Source: a virus (lineage: Duplodnaviria > Caudoviricetes). From it: a stretch of DNA of 54,063 nucleotides. The stretch spans positions 1-54,063 of IMG/VR virus record IMGVR_UViG_3300033076_000675. One strand, given 5' to 3'. The translations under genes were made by a program, and so were the position numbers. Each line of letters begins with the position of its first letter. The first letter of the stretch is position 1. The notes below the pieces were generated by a model. It searched no databases. It was not told where the DNA came from and saw only the letters and a program-made list of their open reading frames with translations. Below, piece after piece: positions 26,054 to 35,104 of the stretch.

Positions 26054-27064
26054 ATGCCAGACGACCTTATCGACCTTGAAAGCATCCTAGAGAACGCAGA
26101 GAACGCCACTCCGCAGGAACTCCAGGCGTTGCTGCCTGCCGCGAAGAATCCAGGGGCGCACGCTCCTGCAACGGGCAATCTGTCCAGTGACGAGATTATC
26201 GCCAAGCAAGTTAATGAGGCCACCCCGGCTGCACAGACCACGGAAACCCAAACTCTTTCTTCTGAGTCTGAAATTGAGACAGAGACTCAAACTGAACAAG
26301 AAGTCGAAGTTCCTCAGATTTCCGCCAAGGATGCTCTTTTTGAGCAATTGCGCGTCCAGTTTCCAAACGAGTCCCTTGTTAATCTTGCCGCCCGTGCTGA
26401 GGCTGCTTTCTCGTCTGAGCCTGCGCCAGTGCAGGAAGGTAATGAAGGCGATGTTCTGGCAGAGATCCAGTCCGACTATGACGCCATGCTTGAAGCAGCC
26501 AGAGAGGCTGACGAGCACGTTCAATCGCTGATGAACCCCGAAGATGGGACTCTTGTCGAATACACATCTGAAATCCGCGACGCTGAACGTGCAGCCATGC
26601 GGGCAAATCTTGCCGCTGAGGCGTCTTTTGAGAAGCTTGCCTTTGAAGCTAACAAAGCCGTCGAGGATGAATATCCAGAACTGAACGATCCTAAAAGCCC
26701 TGCCTTCCTGGCCGTTTCTGCTGCTGTGGATGTTAATCCTTCCATTCGCGAATCTTCCCCAGTGGCCCTGGCAAATCTTGCCCGCCATATTGCAAGCAGC
26801 ATCCGCCAAGCCGCACCCGCGCCCGTTGCTGCCGCTAAACCTTTGCCCTCGCCTACTCGCGTTCCGGCTCCCGCAGGCCCTAAGCCTCCGGTTGCCTCGC
26901 TCTCTAGTAGTGTGCAGGCTTCCCACGCATCCGCTGCAACTCCGGCTCCCGGTGCGCAGCAGAACAATAACGACGTTGTTTCCAAAATTCGTAACTTGAA
27001 GTCGCTTGACGATCTTGAAAGTGCGTTCTTTGGGAAAGGACTTAGCACTATTGTTCTCTCCTGA
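26054..27064 (+). CDS. capsid scaffolding protein
   Basis: Acidic A/E-rich protein with Pro-rich C-terminus immediately before capsid gene. Confidence 0.65.
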   Translation: MPDDLIDLESILENAENATPQELQALLPAAKNPGAHAPATGNLSSDEIIAKQVNEATPAAQTTETQTLSSESEIETETQTEQEVEVPQISAKDALFEQLRVQFPNESLVNLAARAEAAFSSEPAPVQEGNEGDVLAEIQSDYDAMLEAAREADEHVQSLMNPEDGTLVEYTSEIRDAERAAMRANLAAEASFEKLAFEANKAVEDEYPELNDPKSPAFLAVSAAVDVNPSIRESSPVALANLARHIASSIRQAAPAPVAAAKPLPSPTRVPAPAGPKPPVASLSSSVQASHASAATPAPGAQQNNNDVVSKIRNLKSLDDLESAFFGKGLSTIVLS

Positions 27065-27067
27065 TTC

Positions 27068-27178
27068 TACTCGCCGCGTGAGAGTGGGCCTCCAAACGAG
27101 GAGGCGATGAATGACGAAATCAAGCAACCCGAACAATCGGGAACTTTTGCTTGGTCGCATTCATCCGCCCAAAAGGCA
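27068..27178 (+). promoter_or_regulatory. structured 5' leader of major capsid gene
   Basis: Tandem hairpins: GCCTCC/GGAGGC and nested GATGAATG..CAAGCAA..CCCGA/TCGGG..TTGCTTG..CATTCATC. Confidence 0.55.
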
Positions 27179-27195
27179 CCACTACATCTCACATC

Positions 27196-28749
27196 ATGGC
27201 TGACTACATCGCCTTCAATACAGACACGATTGCAAATATCGTGGCTCAGTCCCCTACCTACGCGAAAGAAATCGTGTGGATGGCTCGCGTTGCTCAAGAC
27301 GACGCGGCTTATAACCCGTTCGCTGACCTTATGGGCGGCTTCGACTCCGTGAAACCTATCAAGGAAGTCGTTGACACCCAAAAGATCAAAGGCACTCAAC
27401 TTGTCATTTCCCGCATGGCGGGCCTTGGCGGTAAAGGTGTTCAGGGCGCAACCAAACTCGTCGGCAACGAAGAGAAGCTGAAATACAATCAGTTCCTGCT
27501 CCAGATCGGCCTGCATCGTCACGCCGTCGCCATTGATAAAATGGTGAAGGATCAGACCGCCATCGGTTCTGCCGTTGATACCACCATCCGTAACGGCCTG
27601 CGTCAGGTGTTTTCGCGCCTGAAATGCGACTGTATCGAAGCTGCCATGATTGGCGAGTCTGATACGCGCAATACGCTGTATGCCAACGGTCGCGCCAGCT
27701 TGGACACTCTTGGTTCTCAGGATTACATCAATCAGAGCACCATCTCCCAGGCTAAGATCATGATGAACGGTCTTGGCGGTTCTCCGATTGAAGTCGCTCG
27801 CAGCAAAGGCAATCAGCGCATCTCAAAGTATTACTTCCAAGGCAATGATCGCGGCTTTGAAGGTATGCGGAACAACGGCCAATTCCAGGCCATTGAATCC
27901 ACCGCAGGCGTTCGCGGCGATGCCAACTACGTATTCGGTGGCCACCTTCCTGAATGGCAGGGTGTGCTTCTGAATGAATGGGAAATCCGCAACGACTCCG
28001 CTGATGCTGCCCAGGGCGCATTCTGCCAGCCTAAAGCCTACCTTGGTGAAGCTATTGCCGCTAAAGGCACTAGCACCTCCTTTACGGCTCAGGTCAAAGG
28101 CGGCGGTTGGAATGGTAACTCCACCTTGACCACCATCGCGGCGGCTAAAACTGGAAACGACTATTTCCGCTACTTCCCGAACGCTCCTTTCGCTGCGTTT
28201 GACCGCACGATCATCACGGCTGCAACCACTCGTCGTTATGCGATGATCCAGCATGCTTCCGGCGCAGACATCGGCAAGTTCTCGTTCATCTCTTATACCG
28301 ACACCGACGCCTATGTGCTCGGCAAGGCTGATTTGTCCGACCTTGAACGCCTTGGCTCTACGACCACAGGAGATTACGTTCAGACTCTGACTGGTTCTAG
28401 CATCACTTGGGGCACTGCTCCTTGGACGACTGCTTACCTGTCTGAGGGTGAAATCCCGATTGGCTCTTTGATCGTTCCTGTAAACGCCAAAGGCCAGCCT
28501 TGGGTGCGCAGCTACATGCTGGGCAATGACGCCATCGTCACGGGTTACGGCTCGATTGACGGCAAGGCTTCCTCTGCCTTTGGCCAGCGCGTCACTGAAA
28601 CCCAGGACTACCAGCGCGACCAAGGTATCGGTGCTGAACTCGTTTGGGGCGTGAAGTGCATGGAGAACGGCGCAGGCATCAAGAACGGTTACGTTCTGGT
28701 GTATGGAGCCTACAACCTCCCCGGCATGCCTGACATTGACGCGGGTTAA
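27196..28749 (+). CDS. major capsid protein (N4 gp56/DUF4043-like)
   Basis: GKGVQGATKLVGNEEKL..IGLHRHAV, GEW-like PEWQGVLL, ETQDY..DQGIG; follows scaffold, ends at a strong terminator. Confidence 0.8.
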   Translation: MADYIAFNTDTIANIVAQSPTYAKEIVWMARVAQDDAAYNPFADLMGGFDSVKPIKEVVDTQKIKGTQLVISRMAGLGGKGVQGATKLVGNEEKLKYNQFLLQIGLHRHAVAIDKMVKDQTAIGSAVDTTIRNGLRQVFSRLKCDCIEAAMIGESDTRNTLYANGRASLDTLGSQDYINQSTISQAKIMMNGLGGSPIEVARSKGNQRISKYYFQGNDRGFEGMRNNGQFQAIESTAGVRGDANYVFGGHLPEWQGVLLNEWEIRNDSADAAQGAFCQPKAYLGEAIAAKGTSTSFTAQVKGGGWNGNSTLTTIAAAKTGNDYFRYFPNAPFAAFDRTIITAATTRRYAMIQHASGADIGKFSFISYTDTDAYVLGKADLSDLERLGSTTTGDYVQTLTGSSITWGTAPWTTAYLSEGEIPIGSLIVPVNAKGQPWVRSYMLGNDAIVTGYGSIDGKASSAFGQRVTETQDYQRDQGIGAELVWGVKCMENGAGIKNGYVLVYGAYNLPGMPDIDAG

Positions 28750-28761
28750 TCGCTGATTCAT

Positions 28762-28798
28762 GGGGCGGCGTAGGCTTCGGCTTGCGCTGCCCCTTTTT
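28762..28798 (+). terminator. intrinsic terminator after capsid gene
   Basis: GGGGCGGCGTAGGC-TTCG-GCTTGCGCTGCCCC-TTTTT. Confidence 0.9.
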
Positions 28799-28824
28799 GT
28801 AAACGCTCAATCATTTCTCAGACC

Positions 28825-29319
28825 ATGCTTTCCACTACTCCTATTTCTGGAACTCCGAGCAAGATGCCTCGCATTAGCGCGGCCTCTCTCACCACTTCCC
28901 ACAAGGTGTTTCTTTACGATTCACGCAAGCCCGATGGAGACAAAAACGTCTCTGGAACGATTGCGATTGAAGATGTCAAGACCGCTAAAGTGGCTGTAAC
29001 CGCTACTGCCTCAGGTGCTGCAATTCCAGCTACGGCTGATTACGTCACCGTGACTAGCGCAAGTGCCGACAATATTGTGATTCTGCCCGCTCCCGTAGTT
29101 GGCAAGAGTCTCAAAATCTTTGTTGGCGCAACTGGCTACGAACTGCGAAGCTCTGACCCTGCTACTATCGCCATCAACGGCGGTTCAGGCGCAGGTGCAG
29201 AATCTGCTATTGCTGCTAACGTGTTGGTTCACATCACCTGCACAAGTCTTACCACTTGGGTTGGTTTCCAACAGGTCGCCGCTGGCACTGTTTCTGCGGT
29301 TCAGGTTGCCGCCGCCTAA
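28825..29319 (+). CDS. putative capsid decoration/minor capsid protein
   Basis: Small A/T/V-rich beta protein after capsid gene. Confidence 0.55.
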   Translation: MLSTTPISGTPSKMPRISAASLTTSHKVFLYDSRKPDGDKNVSGTIAIEDVKTAKVAVTATASGAAIPATADYVTVTSASADNIVILPAPVVGKSLKIFVGATGYELRSSDPATIAINGGSGAGAESAIAANVLVHITCTSLTTWVGFQQVAAGTVSAVQVAAA

Positions 29320-29332
29320 TCCTCTCAACTCC

Positions 29333-29372
29333 GAGCCTTGGCGGTTGCATTAGTAGCCGCCAAGGCTTATTT
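29333..29372 (+). terminator. hairpin/terminator
   Basis: AGCCTTGGCGGTTGC-ATTA-GTAGCCGCCAAGGCT then TATTT. Confidence 0.65.
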
Positions 29373-29385
29373 ATGAACCTACGAC

Positions 29386-29946
29386 ATGACTACTCACTTC
29401 CTCATCGAATTCCCCAACAATCACAACGTCGCAACAGAGGTTTATGACCGTGTTGGTCAATGTTTGAAGCGTCGCGCTCGCATGGATGACCGCCGCAAAA
29501 GCAAGACGATATTGCAGATGGATCGCGCTACGTTTGACAGCACGCGAGGGAAGGACGGAACTCTTGGGAAGTATCGGCAATTTGGACCGTGGCCAGTCGC
29601 CAATGTGGATTTTGAAGCGCACGACGGCACTTTGCATCCTACCGCTGAGGCTTGTCTTGCGCATGAACTGCAAGCGCGGTTTGGCGTGAGTTCACTGGAT
29701 GAACTAGAGGCTCAATTAGAGTTCAAACGAGATGCACTTGGAAACTCGATGGATTCAATCGAGCAAACTTTGTCTCCGATCTCCGTTATCGAATCCGCCA
29801 TTAAATCCAAAGGCCAGACCGTTGAACAAATCGCAGAGGCTACCTCTCTCCACGTTCAAGACGTAAACAACATCGTCACCCAAAACCCACACTTGTTTAA
29901 GCGTGGCGCAGGTGGCCGCATTTTTCTTCTTCCGCAGGACGCATGA
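29386..29946 (+). CDS. hypothetical protein with C-terminal winged-HTH-like domain
   Basis: TVEQIAEATSLHVQDV...FKRGAGGRIFL. Confidence 0.55.
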   Translation: MTTHFLIEFPNNHNVATEVYDRVGQCLKRRARMDDRRKSKTILQMDRATFDSTRGKDGTLGKYRQFGPWPVANVDFEAHDGTLHPTAEACLAHELQARFGVSSLDELEAQLEFKRDALGNSMDSIEQTLSPISVIESAIKSKGQTVEQIAEATSLHVQDVNNIVTQNPHLFKRGAGGRIFLLPQDA

Positions 29947-30170
29947 CTCCCACTCGCAAGCCAGCACTCACTATCGGCCAATACGTCAAGGAACGAAATT
30001 CCCCGATGGCTGGCGACGTGAAAACGCGGCTAGAACGTGCTTGGAAAGCTCCTAAATCAGTGCCCGCTATGGCCAATGACCTTGGCTTGACCGAGGCGCA
30101 AGTGATGGCCTGCATCTACAGCAATCCCAAGCGTTTCGTCCTGCGTGACGAGATGATTCACAGAATCTAA
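29943..30170 (+). CDS. small HTH-like protein
   Basis: SVPAMANDLGLTEAQV...NPKRF resembles C-terminus of preceding ORF. Confidence 0.5.
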   Translation: MTPTRKPALTIGQYVKERNSPMAGDVKTRLERAWKAPKSVPAMANDLGLTEAQVMACIYSNPKRFVLRDEMIHRI

Positions 30171-30174
30171 AGTT

Positions 30175-31107
30175 ATGCCAATCGTTGCCGACATCCGCGA
30201 TGAACTCCTGCAAATGGCAGGGCTTGAAGCTGTCACGGACGGCCCGCCAAATCTTGAGTATCGCATCATCTCCGACATCAACCGGGCGATTGACAAGATT
30301 GGCGACATGAACCCTAGCGTCTATTTCCAGACGCGACCAGATCAGGCGGAAGCTATCCGCGCTCCTGTGCAGCTAACGGTGCAGGTGACAAACCTTTCCA
30401 AGGAGATCACCATTGCATCGGGCTACGTTGCCTCATGGATGGCGGGCTGCGCAATTCTCATTTCAGGCGATGCGACAACGAACCGCCTAGCCAATGAAGA
30501 GACGGGCGACAATCCGACGCTTGAGCAGCCTTACATGGGCGAGACTGGCACCGTTACCGCTACCGTTTGGCATGACTGGATCAGACTTCCGTCAAATGTG
30601 AATACGTTCATGGACCCGGTTACGCTGAACAAGGATTGGAAGCTCTTTCGCGCCCAGGATCTTAACCAGCTAGACCGCCGATGGTTTGGGCGTGGCTGGG
30701 TGAATGGAGACTATTTCTCCGGCGACTATGGCCTTGTAAACGGTTGGCAAAAACAGGTCAACCGCCCTTTCCAATGGTATGAAGTGGCGCGTTATGTGCA
30801 GGCCGAACTGATTTCAGGCATCATGCTTGATTCGCTACCGCCGTCGCAATACAAGCTATGTTATACCGCAAAGGTAGGAATTAACCGAGTCATTAGCCTT
30901 GCTGATAATCGGCAGTTTATCACGCCAGAGGGCAAAGATCAGGAAATCTTGTTGCCGATTTGCCGCTGGTATTTTTCATCCTACCCGATGTGCAGCATTC
31001 CAAAAACGGAGCTTCAATCAGACTATCAAGACGCGCTGCTTGCCGCCTCCGCTCTTGGAGTGGCTGGAAACCGCCGTAAACGCATTCAATACTGCGCCAG
31101 CCGATGA
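30175..31107 (+). CDS. head-tail adaptor (tail tubular protein A-like)
   Basis: ADIRDELL..INRAID N-terminus; position before nozzle. Confidence 0.6.
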   Translation: MPIVADIRDELLQMAGLEAVTDGPPNLEYRIISDINRAIDKIGDMNPSVYFQTRPDQAEAIRAPVQLTVQVTNLSKEITIASGYVASWMAGCAILISGDATTNRLANEETGDNPTLEQPYMGETGTVTATVWHDWIRLPSNVNTFMDPVTLNKDWKLFRAQDLNQLDRRWFGRGWVNGDYFSGDYGLVNGWQKQVNRPFQWYEVARYVQAELISGIMLDSLPPSQYKLCYTAKVGINRVISLADNRQFITPEGKDQEILLPICRWYFSSYPMCSIPKTELQSDYQDALLAASALGVAGNRRKRIQYCASR

Positions 31108-34079
31108 ATCAACCTTCCGTTATTCCAATTCGTAATTGGGGCACTCTCGCTAGCAGCGTTGAGACAACCGACCTTGGAACCGGGAAGCTGACGCGGGCTG
31201 TGAATTGCATTCTGCGCCCGTTTGGAGCCGTTAAAGGCATTCCTCGCTACTTTCGTCTTTGGGCTATCGGCTCTGCATCCACGGTGCAGGCAACTATGCG
31301 TGCTTTGACGTTCACGGGATTCCCTGGCGGCGTGGGTGCAACTGCGCCAGATCGTGCGACGAACAAAACGATTGCCGTTCGTGTGTATCGGCAGGGCAAA
31401 AACTTTCTGTTCTTTTACGATCTTGTAAATAGTAAAGCTCGCGGCTTGTTTTACATGGGCGACGACGGCACTTACACAAGCGGCACGTATGACTTCACCG
31501 CAGGAACGCCATTTTATGAGGTGCTTGCAGTCGGCTTGGATTCCACTGCCCGCTGGTATGGTCGCCGCATGGGGCCAATGCTCAAGATTTCAAACAACGT
31601 AGATACGCCCGTTTGCGTTCAGCTTAACCGGACCACTACTCCCGGTAAATGGCGGCTGGCGGCTTCAAACGTGGCCCCAGGAGATCCAGTCATCTCAAAG
31701 GTTCCAGCGGCTTCCCAGCTTAACACGCAGGCTTATTACACCATCTCCGGCTCTGCTGCGATTCGCATCCTGCCAGATCCAAGCAACGAATCCTTTTACA
31801 CGTATTCTGCCGTTGCTGATGTGGCGTCTGTTAGCACTGCCGCAGATCGAATCACCATTAGCGGATTCACTCCGACTGAGGGGCAACTGTTCACTATTGC
31901 AGGCGGCACGGCCCCAGGTGGGCTGACAAATTACACGTTCTATGTGATGCGGAATGTGTCTGGAACTAGCTTTCAGGTTTCCACATCGGGTTCCGGCGCA
32001 ATCATCAATCTCACATCGGTAGGAACAGGAACAAAAGTCTTTAAATCGCTTGTTCAGGCTCTCACGAATAATACCGCAGTAACTCTGGCAAGTTCTGGCA
32101 CTTTGCCCACAGGGCTAACCGCTGGCCTTTATTACCTCGTTGGCGTCAATTCTCTACAAGTTCGTCTATCGCTGACTTCTGGCGGCAGCGCAGTAGCATT
32201 TAGCGACGTGGGCGTGACCATTTCCGACCACACGATTACGCCCGTTGGCTCAGTTGTCAGGGCAGGTGGCGTAGCATTGACTTTCACGGCTGATACGATT
32301 GCCTTTCCAGGCGCGAGCGGAAACAGCAAGATTCAAGTCGCTATCCAGTATTCCAGCTACACCACGGCAATCACTTCGACGCGCTCAGGAACGGGCACAA
32401 CTACCGACCCTTATCTCTACACGCTCATCACTGGCAATAGCGCAGGCTCATCCTCAAATGATGCCATTGTCGCTTATGTGAATTCCGATACGCTAGCGGT
32501 TGGCATCCTCGAAGCTTCTACAGCGGCAGCCAACAATACCGCAGACACAGGCAGTTGGGCGGCTACGTTTCTCCTGAATGGCGTAGGCTCTGGCACGTCT
32601 GATGGCCTCACAAACCAGACTTGCAGCGTTTATTTACGTTATTGGGACCCTGGCGTTTCTCGCGTTGGCTATGAAGGCGTGTCGTCTGACAAGTCTAACG
32701 AGATCATTCTGACTGACACCGAGAACTCAGACATTTTAGTCTCTATCCCCACGGACCCAAGCGCAGAAGGCGGGCGATTCGGTTTCATCCGCGTTTATTT
32801 CCAGTTTGGAGAGGGAGCGGCGGCTATCTGGAACCTTGTCGGGGAGGTGGCAAATACGAGTGGCACAAAGACGCTGCAAATCGGCACTAATACCGTCATC
32901 GGCCAAGGCATGAGCGCGGATCAAAACCGCCCGCTGCCGTTCAAGGCCGTCTGCTTTGTTCAGAATCAAGTTTGGCATGGAGGCAGCACAACAACGCCTG
33001 ATTTGCTTTACATTTCCAAATCTGCCACGGATGACGAGATTGCGCCCGAAGGAGCCAGTATCCTCGACCCGTTTTTGATAGTGTTGCCAGAACAGACGGC
33101 AGACTTCAAAATCACGGCTTTGGATACGGATGATTACCGCCTGCACGTCCATACATCGCAAGGCGTCATCTTGCTTGATCCTCAAAATCCAGAGCAAAAT
33201 CGTCATATTCCGCAAGTGCCTGTTGGTGCGCTTAACCCGGCCTGCCTTGTCAAATGGGAGAAATCCAAGATTTACTACCTTGGCTCAGACATGGCAATTT
33301 ACGAGTTTGACGGTGCTCGTTATGGGCGTCGCAACGTCAGTTCGGCCACTAAGGAAGCGCAGCTTTACATCCTAGACCGGGCTAACCTTGACCGGGTAAG
33401 CCGTGAACCTGACCGCGTGAACGCATGGCTTGATGTGCGCTCAGAACTGCTTTTCTACCATTTCCCAGCCGCAGACAACACGCTGAACGGATTTGTTTAC
33501 GACTTTAAAAATACGGGCGTAGTGGGTGAACTCACTTACCCGAAAGTTTACGATCAGGCGGAAATGGAGCCGGAACGCACAGAGCGCATTTTCACCGATG
33601 AAGAGGGCAATCTGTTTGTCTTTAACTCGCTGGACCAAGAAGATTGGGGCGACACCCTCACAGCCACGCCAATCTTCACCACGTATTCCACCTCGACCAC
33701 TCCGCCGATTCAATACAACGGTTATGGATACGTGGACTACAACGGCAAGCGATACTATCAGGCCGTCGAAACGATCATCGAAACAGGTTTTATTGACCTG
33801 AACGACCCGACAAAATACAAAGCGTTCATGGGCGGCTTGTGGACTACGGTTCAGAACTCCCGCGCTTTAGTCGAAGTGACGTTCACAAACAAGTCAGGAC
33901 GCTCTGTAACGCGCCAGTATGGCGACATCGGCAGCAAAGGGCATAATCAGATTCACAAAGTAGCCGCCTCGCTTGGCGGCGAAGCGGTGAAGGTAAAGCT
34001 GCGGATTATCTCAGCCGAACAAGCCGGGTGGATCTTCCGCAACTTTTCGCTCATGTATCGGGCAGCGGGGATGTTTTAA
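31104..34079 (+). CDS. tail nozzle/stabilisation protein (P22 gp10/T7 gp12-like) with inserted beta domains
   Basis: 991 aa; propeller-like repeats; TLPTGLTAGLYY..LSLTSGGSAV insert; IIETGFIDL and VKLRI C-terminal motifs. Confidence 0.7.
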   Translation: MNQPSVIPIRNWGTLASSVETTDLGTGKLTRAVNCILRPFGAVKGIPRYFRLWAIGSASTVQATMRALTFTGFPGGVGATAPDRATNKTIAVRVYRQGKNFLFFYDLVNSKARGLFYMGDDGTYTSGTYDFTAGTPFYEVLAVGLDSTARWYGRRMGPMLKISNNVDTPVCVQLNRTTTPGKWRLAASNVAPGDPVISKVPAASQLNTQAYYTISGSAAIRILPDPSNESFYTYSAVADVASVSTAADRITISGFTPTEGQLFTIAGGTAPGGLTNYTFYVMRNVSGTSFQVSTSGSGAIINLTSVGTGTKVFKSLVQALTNNTAVTLASSGTLPTGLTAGLYYLVGVNSLQVRLSLTSGGSAVAFSDVGVTISDHTITPVGSVVRAGGVALTFTADTIAFPGASGNSKIQVAIQYSSYTTAITSTRSGTGTTTDPYLYTLITGNSAGSSSNDAIVAYVNSDTLAVGILEASTAAANNTADTGSWAATFLLNGVGSGTSDGLTNQTCSVYLRYWDPGVSRVGYEGVSSDKSNEIILTDTENSDILVSIPTDPSAEGGRFGFIRVYFQFGEGAAAIWNLVGEVANTSGTKTLQIGTNTVIGQGMSADQNRPLPFKAVCFVQNQVWHGGSTTTPDLLYISKSATDDEIAPEGASILDPFLIVLPEQTADFKITALDTDDYRLHVHTSQGVILLDPQNPEQNRHIPQVPVGALNPACLVKWEKSKIYYLGSDMAIYEFDGARYGRRNVSSATKEAQLYILDRANLDRVSREPDRVNAWLDVRSELLFYHFPAADNTLNGFVYDFKNTGVVGELTYPKVYDQAEMEPERTERIFTDEEGNLFVFNSLDQEDWGDTLTATPIFTTYSTSTTPPIQYNGYGYVDYNGKRYYQAVETIIETGFIDLNDPTKYKAFMGGLWTTVQNSRALVEVTFTNKSGRSVTRQYGDIGSKGHNQIHKVAASLGGEAVKVKLRIISAEQAGWIFRNFSLMYRAAGMF

Positions 34080-34518
34080 CGGAGTGGTATTTTTCCTCCC
34101 ATTCCCGCGACCCGCTTGCAGGCTCGCCCGCTTTTTTGCGTAGTTGGCGGATGTATTCGTTGGTGCATCTATGTTCTTTACTCAGGTCTGTATCACGCTT
34201 TGCCCAATCAAACACAGCATTGGTGTATTTGCCAGTTCCTTTAAGGCATTGACCTTTTTTGCGAATAGGCAAGCCAAGAATCACCATTCTTCGACGCACA
34301 GAAGAGTCCGAAACTTTTAACATTTTGGCTATTTTGTAGATTGGCTGCGTTAAATCTACACCATCAAGGCTGACTTTCTTAAACGGATCAGCTTTAATGC
34401 CTCGCTTGCACCGAGCCAAGTAAATTGGACTCAAACTGCAATTCAGTTCATTGGCAATTTCGTCCGCTGGCCGTGTGAGGTCAACGCCTGTAAAATCTAC
34501 GGGCTTTCCTTTTTTCAT
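34051..34518 (-). CDS. protein with three tandem HTH repeats
   Basis: VDLT..EIANELNCS / VDLT..KIAKMLKVS / FDWA..DLSKEHRCT repeats. Confidence 0.65.
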   Translation of the reverse strand: MKKGKPVDFTGVDLTRPADEIANELNCSLSPIYLARCKRGIKADPFKKVSLDGVDLTQPIYKIAKMLKVSDSSVRRRMVILGLPIRKKGQCLKGTGKYTNAVFDWAKRDTDLSKEHRCTNEYIRQLRKKAGEPASGSREWEEKYHSVKTSPLPDT

Positions 34519-34543
34519 CGTATCGTATTTCGTCGTTTGTTTA

Positions 34544-35023
34544 TCACTCAGGCAGCAAGATCACTCCCGCTTCCGAGCCGCTGGCATATCCAGACGCATA
34601 AAAAATCACGTCAAGGGCATGTTGCAGGCGTTCAGTAAACATATGGCGAGGCACGGCGCAAACGAATTTGTGAGAATCCTTTACTTTACGCACTTCTGCC
34701 GTAATTCGTTTGCCAGCGATGAGCGAAACAATATCCTCTAGGATGTCCTGCGGATTCATCGGCACGCCAGACGGTGTAAAAGCGTCTTTATCGGGGTTGT
34801 TTTGCACCTCGAAAGTAAATCCAATGTGATTGGAGATGCACTCAAGGGCTTTAAAATGCGCTCCTTTTGAGCCGATATATTGCCCGATATTGTCCTTGTG
34901 AGAGCGTAAAACAAGGTGTCTCTCTCCAGCCCGCGCAATCTCCATTGCCCTTGGTTTCTGAAAAGCGAGAAGCAGGCAAAGATGGCGCATTGCTTCAAAT
35001 CGTTCGTCTAGGTGGTCTGTCAT
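34544..35023 (-). CDS. KhpA-like KH-domain RNA-binding protein
   Basis: VLRSHKDNIGQYIGSKGAHFKAL matches KhpA consensus (DxGxxIGxxGxxxxA); ATG 35023. Confidence 0.7.
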   Translation of the reverse strand: MTDHLDERFEAMRHLCLLLAFQKPRAMEIARAGERHLVLRSHKDNIGQYIGSKGAHFKALECISNHIGFTFEVQNNPDKDAFTPSGVPMNPQDILEDIVSLIAGKRITAEVRKVKDSHKFVCAVPRHMFTERLQHALDVIFYASGYASGSEAGVILLPE

Positions 35024-35031
35024 TGATACTG

Positions 35032-35098
35032 AGACTACAATCTCATTAAACGATGTCAATGATTTCGTATTTGACACCCACTCAAACCCGCGCAGAAT
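35032..35098. promoter_or_regulatory. back-to-back divergent promoters
   Basis: Minus: TTGACA(35059-35054)-N16-TAGTCT; plus: TTGACA(35071-35076)-N16-CAGAAT. Confidence 0.6.
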
Positions 35099-35104
35099 AA
35101 AAGC

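Noticed and set aside
26087-28761. Long minus-strand ORFs 26087-27160 and 27823-28761 (also 6789-7733, 12168-13121)
   Set aside because: Antisense shadows of strongly codon-biased genes; no recognisable motifs.
28730-28830. Programmed frameshift/readthrough fusing capsid and decoration protein
   Set aside because: No clear slippery heptamer, and a strong terminator separates the genes.
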